Virus record (IMG/VR): IMGVR_UViG_3300023256_001487
Location: 1-26,235 of that record
DNA from: a virus
Lineage: Duplodnaviria; Caudoviricetes
Direction: 5' to 3' (one strand)
Length of the DNA stretch: 26,235 nt
The notes beneath the pieces were generated by a model, which did no database searches, was not told the origin of the DNA, and saw only the letters and a program-made list of their open reading frames with translations. The translations under genes and the position numbers were made by a program. Below, piece by piece: positions 7,636 through 15,983 of this stretch. How positions within the stretch are numbered: the stretch's first letter is position 1; the number at the start of each line of letters is the position of its first letter.

Positions 7636-9533
7636 TTTACCACACTCAACTTCCAATCAAATTTTTGGTTTAGACATTTTTTATGCATTTCTTCCCACTT
7701 TGATTTATTTTTGCACACATCTACTACTTCTTCAATAAATTTTTTTTGCCATTCTTTTTTCTTGGAGTTTCCAGGAATTATTATTCCACAACCTTTATGC
7801 ACGGTTTCTTTTATTGCTCCCAAATCATTACAAATCACTGGTGTTCCTGCTGTTTGTGCCTCTTCAACGGAAATACAATTTGTTTCAACAAATGTCGAAG
7901 GATAAAGCATTAATTCACTTTTCATTGCTAATTCCGCCAACTCATTTTGTTTCAACCCAGCAATATATTCCACTCCCGGTGTTTTTTTGCACTTTTCATA
8001 TAACTTTTGATATTGTTTATCTCCGTTAGGGTCACCATATACCAATAGACTACTACACACTTTTAGTGTTGCATCAGGTATTTTTTCTTTAATTTTTGGG
8101 AACATATCTATTAAAACTTCTAATCCTCTAAATGGTGTTGAAGAATAATAGAATTGGTTTTTTGTTTTTATTGTTTTTTCTCTTTCTTTAAATAATTCTG
8201 TATCTACTCCATTTTCAATTACAAAGATATTTTCTTCGTCAAGTAAATTTGGATACCTGTTTATCAATGCTTGTTTGTGGTCATTACTAACACACACTAT
8301 TGCATCAAACAATTTTGCAGTTGTTGGAAATGTTCCGTCATATCCTGAATACATTGGGCAATCTTGTGTCCAGAAAATAAATTTCATTGGTTTTAGTTTG
8401 TTTTTTATTTCGTTAATATAATTAATGCTTGTTCCTCTATACATAACCAATATGTCAATTGGAACAGAATTCATTATATCCAATGTAGAAACATCCATGT
8501 ACAATACATCATCATATATTTCAGGTGCAGAACATTGACAAAACACTACCACGTTATTGTCTTTTGCTAACCCTTTAGCTGTATGTATTAATGATGTTTC
8601 GCTTCCACCAAGTGATTTCTTTTTAAGTGAGTTTCCTGCAAAAGGGACTGATGTTGGAGATACAAAAACAATACTTGGTTTTTTATGTTCTTCAAATCTT
8701 TTTATTTTATCTTTGTATTCATCTTTGCTTCTAAAATCTTCTCCTTTTACTCTTGCAACTTCACTTTCAACTGGATACATTTTTTTACTTCTAACATCAT
8801 AATGGTCACACATTATGCTTGAATCACAATATGGTTGAAATCCTAGCTTTTTTGCTTGATAATATAACCAATGGTCTTCTCCTATTTCAACTCTAACTAA
8901 GTTTTTTCCACCACTGTCTAAAGCCATTGTCCAATCTTGTTTGAAATAAGGAAGTTTTGCTTCATCAAATTTCTTAAAAATTTCTAAATCAATCCACATG
9001 CATCCTGCACCACTACCTTCAACTTCAAATACATCATTTATTGGAAACTTAAAGTATGGTCCATCTCCTAAATGTTGGAAAATGACAGGTTCAACATTTT
9101 CATTTTTTTTATAATAAATTCCTGTAATTACTTTCATTCCAGATTGTGCATGTCTAAGCATTTTTTGAATAGTAAATTCTGGAACAAATACATCATCATC
9201 AACAAAAAATACCCATTTACTTCCTCTTCTTAATGCTTCTTTTACACATTTATTTCTTAAAGTAGCATAATTTTCTCCTGTTGTTTCTGGAGAACCAATA
9301 GCAAAAATCCAATTCCAATAAACTCCTGAAGGAATTAGTTTTGTTATTCTTTCTACCATATGTTGCATCCAAATAGATGGAAGCATTCCACGAGAAATAA
9401 GACAAATACTTAAACCCCGTCTTTCATTTACTACTCCTGGTAAGGTTCCTATTTTTGCATCAGAAACCCTTACTATTTTCTTTTTAGTTGTATCTTTTAT
9501 TGCGGTTGTATCCGTCATTTTCATCATCTCCAT
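7575..9533 (-). CDS. Bifunctional glycosyltransferase: N-terminal GT-A (GT2-like) plus C-terminal GT-B (GT4-like)
   Basis: RN..V..AL, FFVDDDV (DxD), GAGCMWI, GED, CDH in the N half; LGGSET, CVS, IENGVD, YSSTPFRGL, YPS.F.ETNCIS..EAQ.AGTPVI..DLGAIKETV, FDW in the C half. Confidence 0.9.
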   Translation of the reverse strand: MEMMKMTDTTAIKDTTKKKIVRVSDAKIGTLPGVVNERRGLSICLISRGMLPSIWMQHMVERITKLIPSGVYWNWIFAIGSPETTGENYATLRNKCVKEALRRGSKWVFFVDDDVFVPEFTIQKMLRHAQSGMKVITGIYYKKNENVEPVIFQHLGDGPYFKFPINDVFEVEGSGAGCMWIDLEIFKKFDEAKLPYFKQDWTMALDSGGKNLVRVEIGEDHWLYYQAKKLGFQPYCDSSIMCDHYDVRSKKMYPVESEVARVKGEDFRSKDEYKDKIKRFEEHKKPSIVFVSPTSVPFAGNSLKKKSLGGSETSLIHTAKGLAKDNNVVVFCQCSAPEIYDDVLYMDVSTLDIMNSVPIDILVMYRGTSINYINEIKNKLKPMKFIFWTQDCPMYSGYDGTFPTTAKLFDAIVCVSNDHKQALINRYPNLLDEENIFVIENGVDTELFKEREKTIKTKNQFYYSSTPFRGLEVLIDMFPKIKEKIPDATLKVCSSLLVYGDPNGDKQYQKLYEKCKKTPGVEYIAGLKQNELAELAMKSELMLYPSTFVETNCISVEEAQTAGTPVICNDLGAIKETVHKGCGIIIPGNSKKKEWQKKFIEEVVDVCKNKSKWEEMHKKCLNQKFDWKLSVVKWKKLISPFIGEQSTKMVKP

Positions 9534-10033
9534 TAATTTTCTTCCGTTTCTTTTATTCTATCTAAAACTTTTTGTAAGTCATCATAAATTTCCTTTTCTT
9601 GAACAAAAATTGTTTTCCATCCATATTTAGAAAATTCTTCAGACCTAATTTTAATAAATTTTTCTATAGAACCATAATCTTTTATTTTCCATCTAGGATG
9701 AAATACTTCTATACAAATCTTTTTTTTCTTTACATGAATAAAATCTGGTACTTTTCTTCCTAAAATAAAAGAGCCGTCACCAACATATTTATATGGAAGA
9801 TTTTGAATAATTACAATTTGTTCAAATAATTTTTCTAATTGCGTTTTTTTCATTTTGGATATTCTTGTATGTAATCCTTTACGAACTATTTTTTCTATTT
9901 CTTTCTCAGAGCGATTTGACCACATCTTTTTTATACTTTTTGACTTTCTTTTACTTGTTTGCTTAGGATTTGAACATAGAGATTTACCATATCTTTCTCT
10001 CTTTGTTTTGAGCATTTTTTTTGGGTTAGACAT
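9533..10033 (-). CDS. Free-standing Vsr/DUF559-like (PD-(D/E)XK) putative homing endonuclease with basic N-terminal DNA-binding arm
   Basis: T.LEK, LPYKYVGDGSF, PDFI, IEVF, YGWKTIFV.E.E; ATG 10033 follows GGAGA. Confidence 0.75.
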   Translation of the reverse strand: MSNPKKMLKTKRERYGKSLCSNPKQTSKRKSKSIKKMWSNRSEKEIEKIVRKGLHTRISKMKKTQLEKLFEQIVIIQNLPYKYVGDGSFILGRKVPDFIHVKKKKICIEVFHPRWKIKDYGSIEKFIKIRSEEFSKYGWKTIFVQEKEIYDDLQKVLDRIKETEEN

Positions 10034-10035
10034 GT

Positions 10036-10524
10036 TTAAATCTCCTGCCAAGTGAATGTCAATGTTTTAGAATTTACTGTTCCAGAAACTGATTGAATAG
10101 TTACAGATGATTGAAGATAAATATAGTCAGTTGTATTTTCTGTATCTGTTATTGTATATGTTGTTGTTCCACCAACTGTTACATTTGTTGTACTTGGTGC
10201 ACTTGTTGGTATTATAGTGGTTGCTACACTGTCCTCATAACTTCCTCCTGTTGAAACATGAAAAGTTGAACTTACACCATAATTTACAACTTCTCCTGTT
10301 ACATATGCACCATCACTTTTATATAATTTTATGTTTGTTATTGAAGTAAATGTTCCTCCAAATGAAAGCTTAAATACTTTTGAATAAGAATAGTTTCCTA
10401 CTGATACAGGATAAGTACTTCTGCTTGCATTTGCTCCCATTGTACTAACTAAATCCAACTGCGTCGAAGTTGCAGTAGATGTTGTACTGCCCAAATACTC
10501 CACAAATGTTACGCTACTTGCCAT
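10036..10524 (-). CDS. Putative virion structural protein (Thr/Ser-rich, predicted all-beta)
   Basis: 162 aa, T/S/V/G-rich, SD AGGTGA, position in the morphogenesis module; family not identified. Confidence 0.55.
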   Translation of the reverse strand: MASSVTFVEYLGSTTSTATSTQLDLVSTMGANASRSTYPVSVGNYSYSKVFKLSFGGTFTSITNIKLYKSDGAYVTGEVVNYGVSSTFHVSTGGSYEDSVATTIIPTSAPSTTNVTVGGTTTYTITDTENTTDYIYLQSSVTIQSVSGTVNSKTLTFTWQEI

Positions 10525-10555
10525 TTTATATCACCTTATTTTCTTTCATTTTAAA

Positions 10556-11347
10556 TCACCAACTTAACCTTCCAGTTCTAGGAAAGTATCCATATCTTCT
10601 ATCTCCAAATCTACCAATTGTAATGTTTTTTCCATAATATGGTCTACACCAATTAACATAGCTTTGATATTGTTGATATAAATCCCTAATCCATTCGTTA
10701 AATTCTGCTTCACTTCTTGTTATTGTTCTTCCGCCTTGACTAATGCTAATAACACCATTTTTCATTCTCTTTCCTTTTTTCTCTTCTAAAATCAAAATTT
10801 CTGTCCAAATAATATTAGCAAACTTTAATTCTGTTTCTATTTCGTGTAAAGGTTTTCCTGCCATCCAATAATCAGCAAAAATTCTATATCCAGTACTTGA
10901 TGGCCAATCATCTGTTAATTTAAAATATCCATTTACTGAATCAATTTCTGATATTCCTTCTGATGGAACTCTATGAATCAATCTATTAATTCTACTTCCT
11001 TGTAAAAAGAAAGCTGAACTAATAGAAGATGTTTCATCTGATTCCCATATTCTAAGGTCTAATGGTGTTACTGTTCCATGAGAAACATTTGACCCATACG
11101 CATTTGCTAACCATCTTCTACTAATAAAATACCTGTCATTAGAATCTTTTGTTGTAAACTCTAACCTTATTGAAACAAAAACATCACGTTTCACTTTTTC
11201 TACTGCTTCTATAATTTTTCTTCCAATATCAGCAGAAGTAAATTCTGTTGTGTCAGTAAAACCGGTTTCATTCCTAAATTGGTCTTCAGTACAATACGCA
11301 GTATCTTTAGAAATCACCATTTGTGTTGTGATTGTATCTGATGCCAC
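10556..11347 (-). CDS. Putative head-tail connector/adaptor protein
   Basis: N-terminal AYCT.DQFR..TG...I...I.EA...V..D and C-terminal SISQGG.TIT motif typical of gp6/gp15-like adaptors; downstream of MCP B; SD AGGTGA, GTG start. Confidence 0.5.
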   Translation of the reverse strand: MASDTITTQMVISKDTAYCTEDQFRNETGFTDTTEFTSADIGRKIIEAVEKVKRDVFVSIRLEFTTKDSNDRYFISRRWLANAYGSNVSHGTVTPLDLRIWESDETSSISSAFFLQGSRINRLIHRVPSEGISEIDSVNGYFKLTDDWPSSTGYRIFADYWMAGKPLHEIETELKFANIIWTEILILEEKKGKRMKNGVISISQGGRTITRSEAEFNEWIRDLYQQYQSYVNWCRPYYGKNITIGRFGDRRYGYFPRTGRLSW

Positions 11348-11358
11348 TCATATCACCT

Positions 11359-11673
11359 TCACGCATTTAAAAAATTTTCAATAATTTTATATATGTCATT
11401 GTTTGCACTCCATGTTGGTGGAATTTCTTTTGTTATTATTTCTTTTAGATAATTATGGTCTTTAGTTTCTAATTCAATAAATCCACTTTCTTTTGCCTTT
11501 TTTATTACACTAAATAATTTATTGTGTTGCCTAAAGCTATCTATACCTTTTAATTTATTTGATTGTATAGAAAGTAGTAGTATATTTCCAAGAACATCTG
11601 CTAAAGATTCATTTATCTCTTTTCCATCTGGAGTATTTGCTTTATATTCATAATTTGTTATTTTCTTCATCAT
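11359..11673 (-). CDS. Hypothetical protein (104 aa, helical)
   Basis: ATGA overlap with the upstream endonuclease stop; no recognised motif. Confidence 0.65.
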   Translation of the reverse strand: MMKKITNYEYKANTPDGKEINESLADVLGNILLLSIQSNKLKGIDSFRQHNKLFSVIKKAKESGFIELETKDHNYLKEIITKEIPPTWSANNDIYKIIENFLNA

Positions 11674-12317
11674 CTAAAACACCTATCTTGTGTTTCAAAT
11701 AATATTATTTTTTGTAGTAATTCTTTTTGATTTTCAAGTTCAGAAAAATGTATAAAAAGAGTATCCCAACCGTATTCTTTTATTTGAGATTTCCGTTTTT
11801 CAATATATCTTTCTGTGCTACCAAAATTTCTTTTTTTCCAATAGTCTTCGTAAACTTCTACTGCTATTTTTTCACCATTAATATTTACAAAATCAGGATT
11901 ACATTTACCTATCCAAAAAGACATATCTCCTACATATTTATATGGTAAATTGTTTTCACTAAAAAATTCAATAAGTTTTTTTTCAATAGAAGTTGGTTTA
12001 TTTATTTTTCCAAAATTAGTGTTTTTGAACCATGTTTCTCTATCCCTTTTACTCCATTCTTCTTTTTTAGCAATACTCAATTTTAAGATTCTTTTATTTG
12101 CTTTTTCTTTTCCATAAACATCTTCCCATTTTTTGCCACGTCTTTCTTTTGAAGTTATTTTTGAACCCTTTAAGCCAGCTAATCTATAACTTTCTGTGCT
12201 TCTTCTTCCAGAAACTTGTTTCGCAGAAATAGATTGCTTTGCCTTTATTTTATTAGATTTTTCTAATCCATAAAGTTCTTCATATGTTTTTCCTTTTCTA
12301 TAACTTAATCTTACCAT
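11670..12317 (-). CDS. Free-standing Vsr/DUF559-like putative homing endonuclease (paralogue of 9533..10033)
   Basis: Two KGKTYEELYG/RGKKWEDVYG N-terminal repeats; PTSIEK, LPYKYVGD.SF, PDFV, VEVY, YGW.TLFI..SE; SD GGAGGTG. Confidence 0.78.
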   Translation of the reverse strand: MVRLSYRKGKTYEELYGLEKSNKIKAKQSISAKQVSGRRSTESYRLAGLKGSKITSKERRGKKWEDVYGKEKANKRILKLSIAKKEEWSKRDRETWFKNTNFGKINKPTSIEKKLIEFFSENNLPYKYVGDMSFWIGKCNPDFVNINGEKIAVEVYEDYWKKRNFGSTERYIEKRKSQIKEYGWDTLFIHFSELENQKELLQKIILFETQDRCFR

Positions 12318-12340
12318 TGTATTGGCACCTCCTTAAAATT

Positions 12341-12370
12341 AAAGAATAAAGGGATATTCCCTTTTTCTTT
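12341..12370 (-). terminator. Intergenic hairpin after the decoration-gene block
   Basis: aaagaa(t)aaaggga-tat-tcccttt-ttcttt inverted repeat immediately after the stop at 12373. Confidence 0.55.
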
Positions 12371-12372
12371 GT

Positions 12373-12912
12373 TTATTCTACCATCAATTCTTTTGTTAAT
12401 CTGTCTATATATACTCTTCCTTTAAAGAGTGTTGATGCTGTTGGTACGTGTATATGGTCAATGCTTCTTGCGATTGGTACACCAGTAGCTGTTGCTGTCA
12501 ATGCTTGTCCTATTGTTACTGTTGATACTCCGTCTGCTGTCATTGATAAATAAAGTAATTCATCAAAGAAAACTGTGTCATCCATCACTTTACTATTACT
12601 TCCTATTAAGATATCTACCATTGCTATACCTTTTCTTAATATACCCACACTTGTAGCTGATGCAGATGTACCTGCAGAATTATCTAAGTCTCCAACTGCA
12701 ATTCCAATAAATTGTGTATCATTTACTGATGAATTACATTTAGCAATGGAGTTACTTCCTGTATCTGCTAATTTGACAAAATCTCCTTTAGATATACTTA
12801 CTGCAGATGATACTGCGTAACTAAGCACGATTCCATCATACCAACTGTCATAACCTGATGGTCCAATCATGTTACCATATGCTGTTGGTTCTGTTGTTGC
12901 TGTGAATGCCAT
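12373..12912 (-). CDS. Putative capsid decoration/cement protein, copy 2
   Basis: ISKGDFV.L, FIGIA, VGILR.G pattern resembles DUF2190/head-decoration beta proteins; about 70% identical to 12933..13469 by manual alignment; SD GGAGG. Confidence 0.6.
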   Translation of the reverse strand: MAFTATTEPTAYGNMIGPSGYDSWYDGIVLSYAVSSAVSISKGDFVKLADTGSNSIAKCNSSVNDTQFIGIAVGDLDNSAGTSASATSVGILRKGIAMVDILIGSNSKVMDDTVFFDELLYLSMTADGVSTVTIGQALTATATGVPIARSIDHIHVPTASTLFKGRVYIDRLTKELMVE

Positions 12913-12932
12913 CTTTATTCCTCCTTTACCAT

Positions 12933-13469
12933 TTATTCAACTAACAATGCTTTTGTTAGTCTATTAATGTATACTCTTCCTTTGAAGACAGTTGAAGCAC
13001 TTGGCACATGCACGTGGTCAATACTTCTTGCTACTGGAATTCCGTTATCAGTTGCTGTTAATGCCTGACCTTTATATGCCATATCTACGTCTGTATCTGC
13101 AAGATAAAGTAATTCATCATAGAAAACTGTTGCATTTTGTGTTCCACTTGATGAACTTGCTACTAATATATCTACCATTGCAATTCCTTCTCTTAAAACT
13201 CCGACTCTTGTATCTGAAGCTGATGTTCCACTTGAATTATCAAGGTCACCGACAGCTATTCCAATAAATTGAGTGTCGTTTACTGAAGAATTACATGTAG
13301 TTACTGCGTTTGTTCCTGTATCTTTTAGCATAACAAAATCTCCTTTAGAAATGCTTACTGCTGAAGATACAGCGTAACTAAATACTTTTCCGTCAAACCA
13401 ACTATCGTTTCCAGAAGCACCTATTGTGCCTCCATAAGCGGTTGGTTCGGTTGTTGATGTAAAACCCAT
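12933..13469 (-). CDS. Putative capsid decoration/cement protein, copy 1
   Basis: Same motifs as 12373..12912; SD AGGAGG; third gene after MCP B. Confidence 0.6.
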   Translation of the reverse strand: MGFTSTTEPTAYGGTIGASGNDSWFDGKVFSYAVSSAVSISKGDFVMLKDTGTNAVTTCNSSVNDTQFIGIAVGDLDNSSGTSASDTRVGVLREGIAMVDILVASSSSGTQNATVFYDELLYLADTDVDMAYKGQALTATDNGIPVARSIDHVHVPSASTVFKGRVYINRLTKALLVE

Positions 13470-13482
13470 TTTTTATTCCTCC

Positions 13483-13743
13483 TTATGCTGTATTTACTAA
13501 TATATAATTCCCTGTCAATGTGTCTTTAAGTTGCCTTTTCACACACGTTGCAGTGAACGCCCCTGACCCAGGAACTATTATCAAATCATTGAAACTACCC
13601 ATTGCATCCTCTGACCTAGTTGAAACTGATACTGCAATATTTGATGTTGCTGTACAGATTGTAACTGTTAATGTTGTCCCAGCTAGTGTACCTGGACCTG
13701 ACGGATTTATTGTAAAATTTCCATTTATATATCCTTTTGCCAT
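13483..13743 (-). CDS. Small putative virion protein (86 aa), copy 2
   Basis: 64 of 78 aligned residues identical to 13757..14011; SD GGAGG. Confidence 0.7.
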   Translation of the reverse strand: MAKGYINGNFTINPSGPGTLAGTTLTVTICTATSNIAVSVSTRSEDAMGSFNDLIIVPGSGAFTATCVKRQLKDTLTGNYILVNTA

Positions 13744-13756
13744 TTCAATTCCTCCA

Positions 13757-14011
13757 TCATGTATTTGTTAATATATAGTTTCCTGTTAATGTTGTTTTGA
13801 GCTGTCTTCGTACACATGTTGCTGTAAATGCACCGCTTCCTGCGACAATTATTAAGTCATTAAAAGTACCCATTGCATCTTCACTTCTTGTTGAGATAGA
13901 TATTGCAATATTTGATGTTGCTGTGCAACCTCCGTTAGATACTGATGTACCAGCTAAAACTCCTGGTCCAGAAGGATTGATTGTGAAATTTCCACCTGTA
14001 TAATCTGCCAT
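13757..14011 (-). CDS. Small putative virion protein (84 aa), copy 1
   Basis: First gene after MCP B; SD AGGAGG; paralogue of 13483..13743. Confidence 0.7.
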   Translation of the reverse strand: MADYTGGNFTINPSGPGVLAGTSVSNGGCTATSNIAISISTRSEDAMGTFNDLIIVAGSGAFTATCVRRQLKTTLTGNYILTNT

Positions 14012-14043
14012 ATTTTATTCCTCCTTTATTTAAAGTTAATATA

Positions 14044-14072
14044 AGAATTTGTAGGATTGCTCCTACAATTCT
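14044..14072 (-). terminator. Stem-loop with GCAA tetraloop directly after MCP B
   Basis: Minus strand AGAATTGTAGGA-GCAA-TCCTACAAATTCT followed by TATTATT, 8 nt after the MCP stop. Confidence 0.7.
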
Positions 14073-14080
14073 AATTAACC

Positions 14081-15100
14081 TTAAGATGCAGCCATTATCA
14101 CTCCACTACATGCTCTAGTGTTCTGGATTCCGATTCCATAACTTTCTAGTGCTATAATTTCTGTGTCAACGCTACCTGGAATTCTTCCGTCTACTATTTC
14201 TACATCACTTTCTTGTACGAATGTTCCTAATTCTGTGCTGTCAACGAATAGACTTGTTCCTGATGTTACTTGGTTAGACTGAACAATTTTTTGTGGTCCG
14301 AAATATTCTACTTGTGGGAATACTCCAACTGTTGCTGTTCCTGCTCCGCCAACTACAACATTTGCTCTATACAAAGCCTGTTTAAAGTCTGTGTCTTTAT
14401 TCAACGCAGCATAATCGTCCGCATGGAAAATTACATGTGTTGGTTTAAATCCACCAACTTCGAAGCCCTCAATATCTGCTCTTGAATCTATCAAGTCATT
14501 GTAGCTTGCTCTTGTGGTTGAACCACCTGTTGCAGTTCTGTTACTATTTGCTGCTGTTACAACATTTTCAATTCCGGTTATGATATCGTCATCAACTTTT
14601 CTTGCTAATGCTTTTCCAACTCTTGCTGCTTCAGCAGTAATCATTGAAATCATACCTCGTTTAACCATTTCCCAAGTAATTTTTGATGCAGCTATTTTCT
14701 TTGTTGGTGTTACTGTAATGCTTGTATAACCCTCACCTGTGTAAGTGATTACTCCGCCTTCAGCAACTTCTGCTGCATTTACTCTCTTTTCCTTAGGTAA
14801 CTTCATTGCACCTTTTCCACCAGTTGTCATCATATCGGTGTTGTGCTGTAGAAGTTCTAGGCCAACCATGTTTGGTTCAACAGCTGCTCTAATTACACTC
14901 GCTAAAGCTGTTATATACAAAGCACTGGAAGTTGAGGTTGTCACATCTTCTCTAAAAGTATAATATCCACCAAAACTTTCTTTAAATTTTAGTTCGTCTT
15001 GTAGAGATTCGTAAGAAATGCCTTTTCTAGCCATATCTTCGATGATTGCTTTCCCTGCAGCTTCGCAAACTCTGCTTCCTGATTCACTCCAGTTTGCCAT
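14081..15100 (-). CDS. Major capsid protein B (HK97 fold)
   Basis: 339 aa; LPK...AAEVAEGG.I, V.PTK....KITWEM, GKALARKVDDDII, PTHVIFH..DY..L, IVQSNQV..GT.LFVD: canonical HK97-fold layout; preceded by scaffold and protease; SD AGGAGG. Confidence 0.85.
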   Translation of the reverse strand: MANWSESGSRVCEAAGKAIIEDMARKGISYESLQDELKFKESFGGYYTFREDVTTSTSSALYITALASVIRAAVEPNMVGLELLQHNTDMMTTGGKGAMKLPKEKRVNAAEVAEGGVITYTGEGYTSITVTPTKKIAASKITWEMVKRGMISMITAEAARVGKALARKVDDDIITGIENVVTAANSNRTATGGSTTRASYNDLIDSRADIEGFEVGGFKPTHVIFHADDYAALNKDTDFKQALYRANVVVGGAGTATVGVFPQVEYFGPQKIVQSNQVTSGTSLFVDSTELGTFVQESDVEIVDGRIPGSVDTEIIALESYGIGIQNTRACSGVIMAAS

Positions 15101-15113
15101 TTTTTATTCCTCC

Positions 15114-15983
15114 TTATATCCTTATCTTTGATTTTTGTAAGTACTCTTTTATCACTGTATCAGCGTCATTTTTTACACTCTCAAGTGATTCCACTCTTGA
15201 GCCACCAAATGCACCAACTGTAGATTTTCTTCCTGAAAGTTTTTCTTTGATGTGATTATATTGTTCTTGTAAACCATCAGGTGACTGGCTTTTAGGTACT
15301 TTGTTTCCGTTTTCATCTTCCATTTCTTCCGGTTTCTTTGAAGGTGTTCCTGGCACTGGCACTCCGCCATCTGCTCCTTCTAAAGCATTTTTTATGATTG
15401 GAAGTTTTGGAAGTTGTTTTTTTGGTTGTGGAACTTTCGCAATTGCATCATTTTCAGAAGGTTTGCCTTTGTCAAGACCTGTTTCCTCTCCTGATACTGG
15501 TGCTCCTGTTTTTGTTCCGCCATCTTCATCGTGAATTTCACTAGTTTGAGCCTTTGGTACTTCATTAGTTCCTTCAGGTCCAATTTCTTTATCTGGTTTT
15601 CTTTCTTTCTCTAATTCTGGGTGTCCCGCAATTTCTTCCTTCTTTGTTCTTAACTTTTCAAATTTTCCTTCGTCTTGTGTTGGTACTTGATTGGCATTCT
15701 CCATTTCTTGTTCACCAATTCTCTGTTCTAATTCTTGAATTTTCACAAGTACTTGTTCTAACTCAGGAGTTGTTGAAGGTATAGGTGTTGAAGGAACTTG
15801 TCCTACTTGTTGTCCCATTGGTTGCTGTTGTATTACTTCTGGTACTGGTTGCTGTGTTGGTTGTTGTATTGGGGCTTGTGGTACAGGTTCTTGCATTACC
15901 TGTTGTAATGGAACTTGCTGTTGTGGAGCTTGTTGTCCTGGAACTTGTTGTCCTTGAATTACAGGTTGTTTATTAATTTCCAT
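15114..15983 (-). CDS. Putative scaffolding protein (Gln/Pro-rich N-terminus, coiled coil, acidic disordered)
   Basis: Position between protease and MCP; QQVP repeats; LEQVLVKIQELEQRI coiled coil; SD AGGAGGT. Confidence 0.65.
   Translation of the reverse strand: MEINKQPVIQGQQVPGQQAPQQQVPLQQVMQEPVPQAPIQQPTQQPVPEVIQQQPMGQQVGQVPSTPIPSTTPELEQVLVKIQELEQRIGEQEMENANQVPTQDEGKFEKLRTKKEEIAGHPELEKERKPDKEIGPEGTNEVPKAQTSEIHDEDGGTKTGAPVSGEETGLDKGKPSENDAIAKVPQPKKQLPKLPIIKNALEGADGGVPVPGTPSKKPEEMEDENGNKVPKSQSPDGLQEQYNHIKEKLSGRKSTVGAFGGSRVESLESVKNDADTVIKEYLQKSKIRI

Noticed and set aside
12373-14011. Possible diversity-generating retroelement TR/VR pairs
   Set aside because: Differences are spread over all bases and mostly synonymous rather than adenine-specific; no reverse transcriptase in the window.
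14081-15100. Calling MCP B an encapsulin
   Set aside because: Same fold, but the protease, scaffold, decoration-like and adaptor-like neighbours indicate a viral head and no cargo enzyme is adjacent; not fully excluded without phylogeny.
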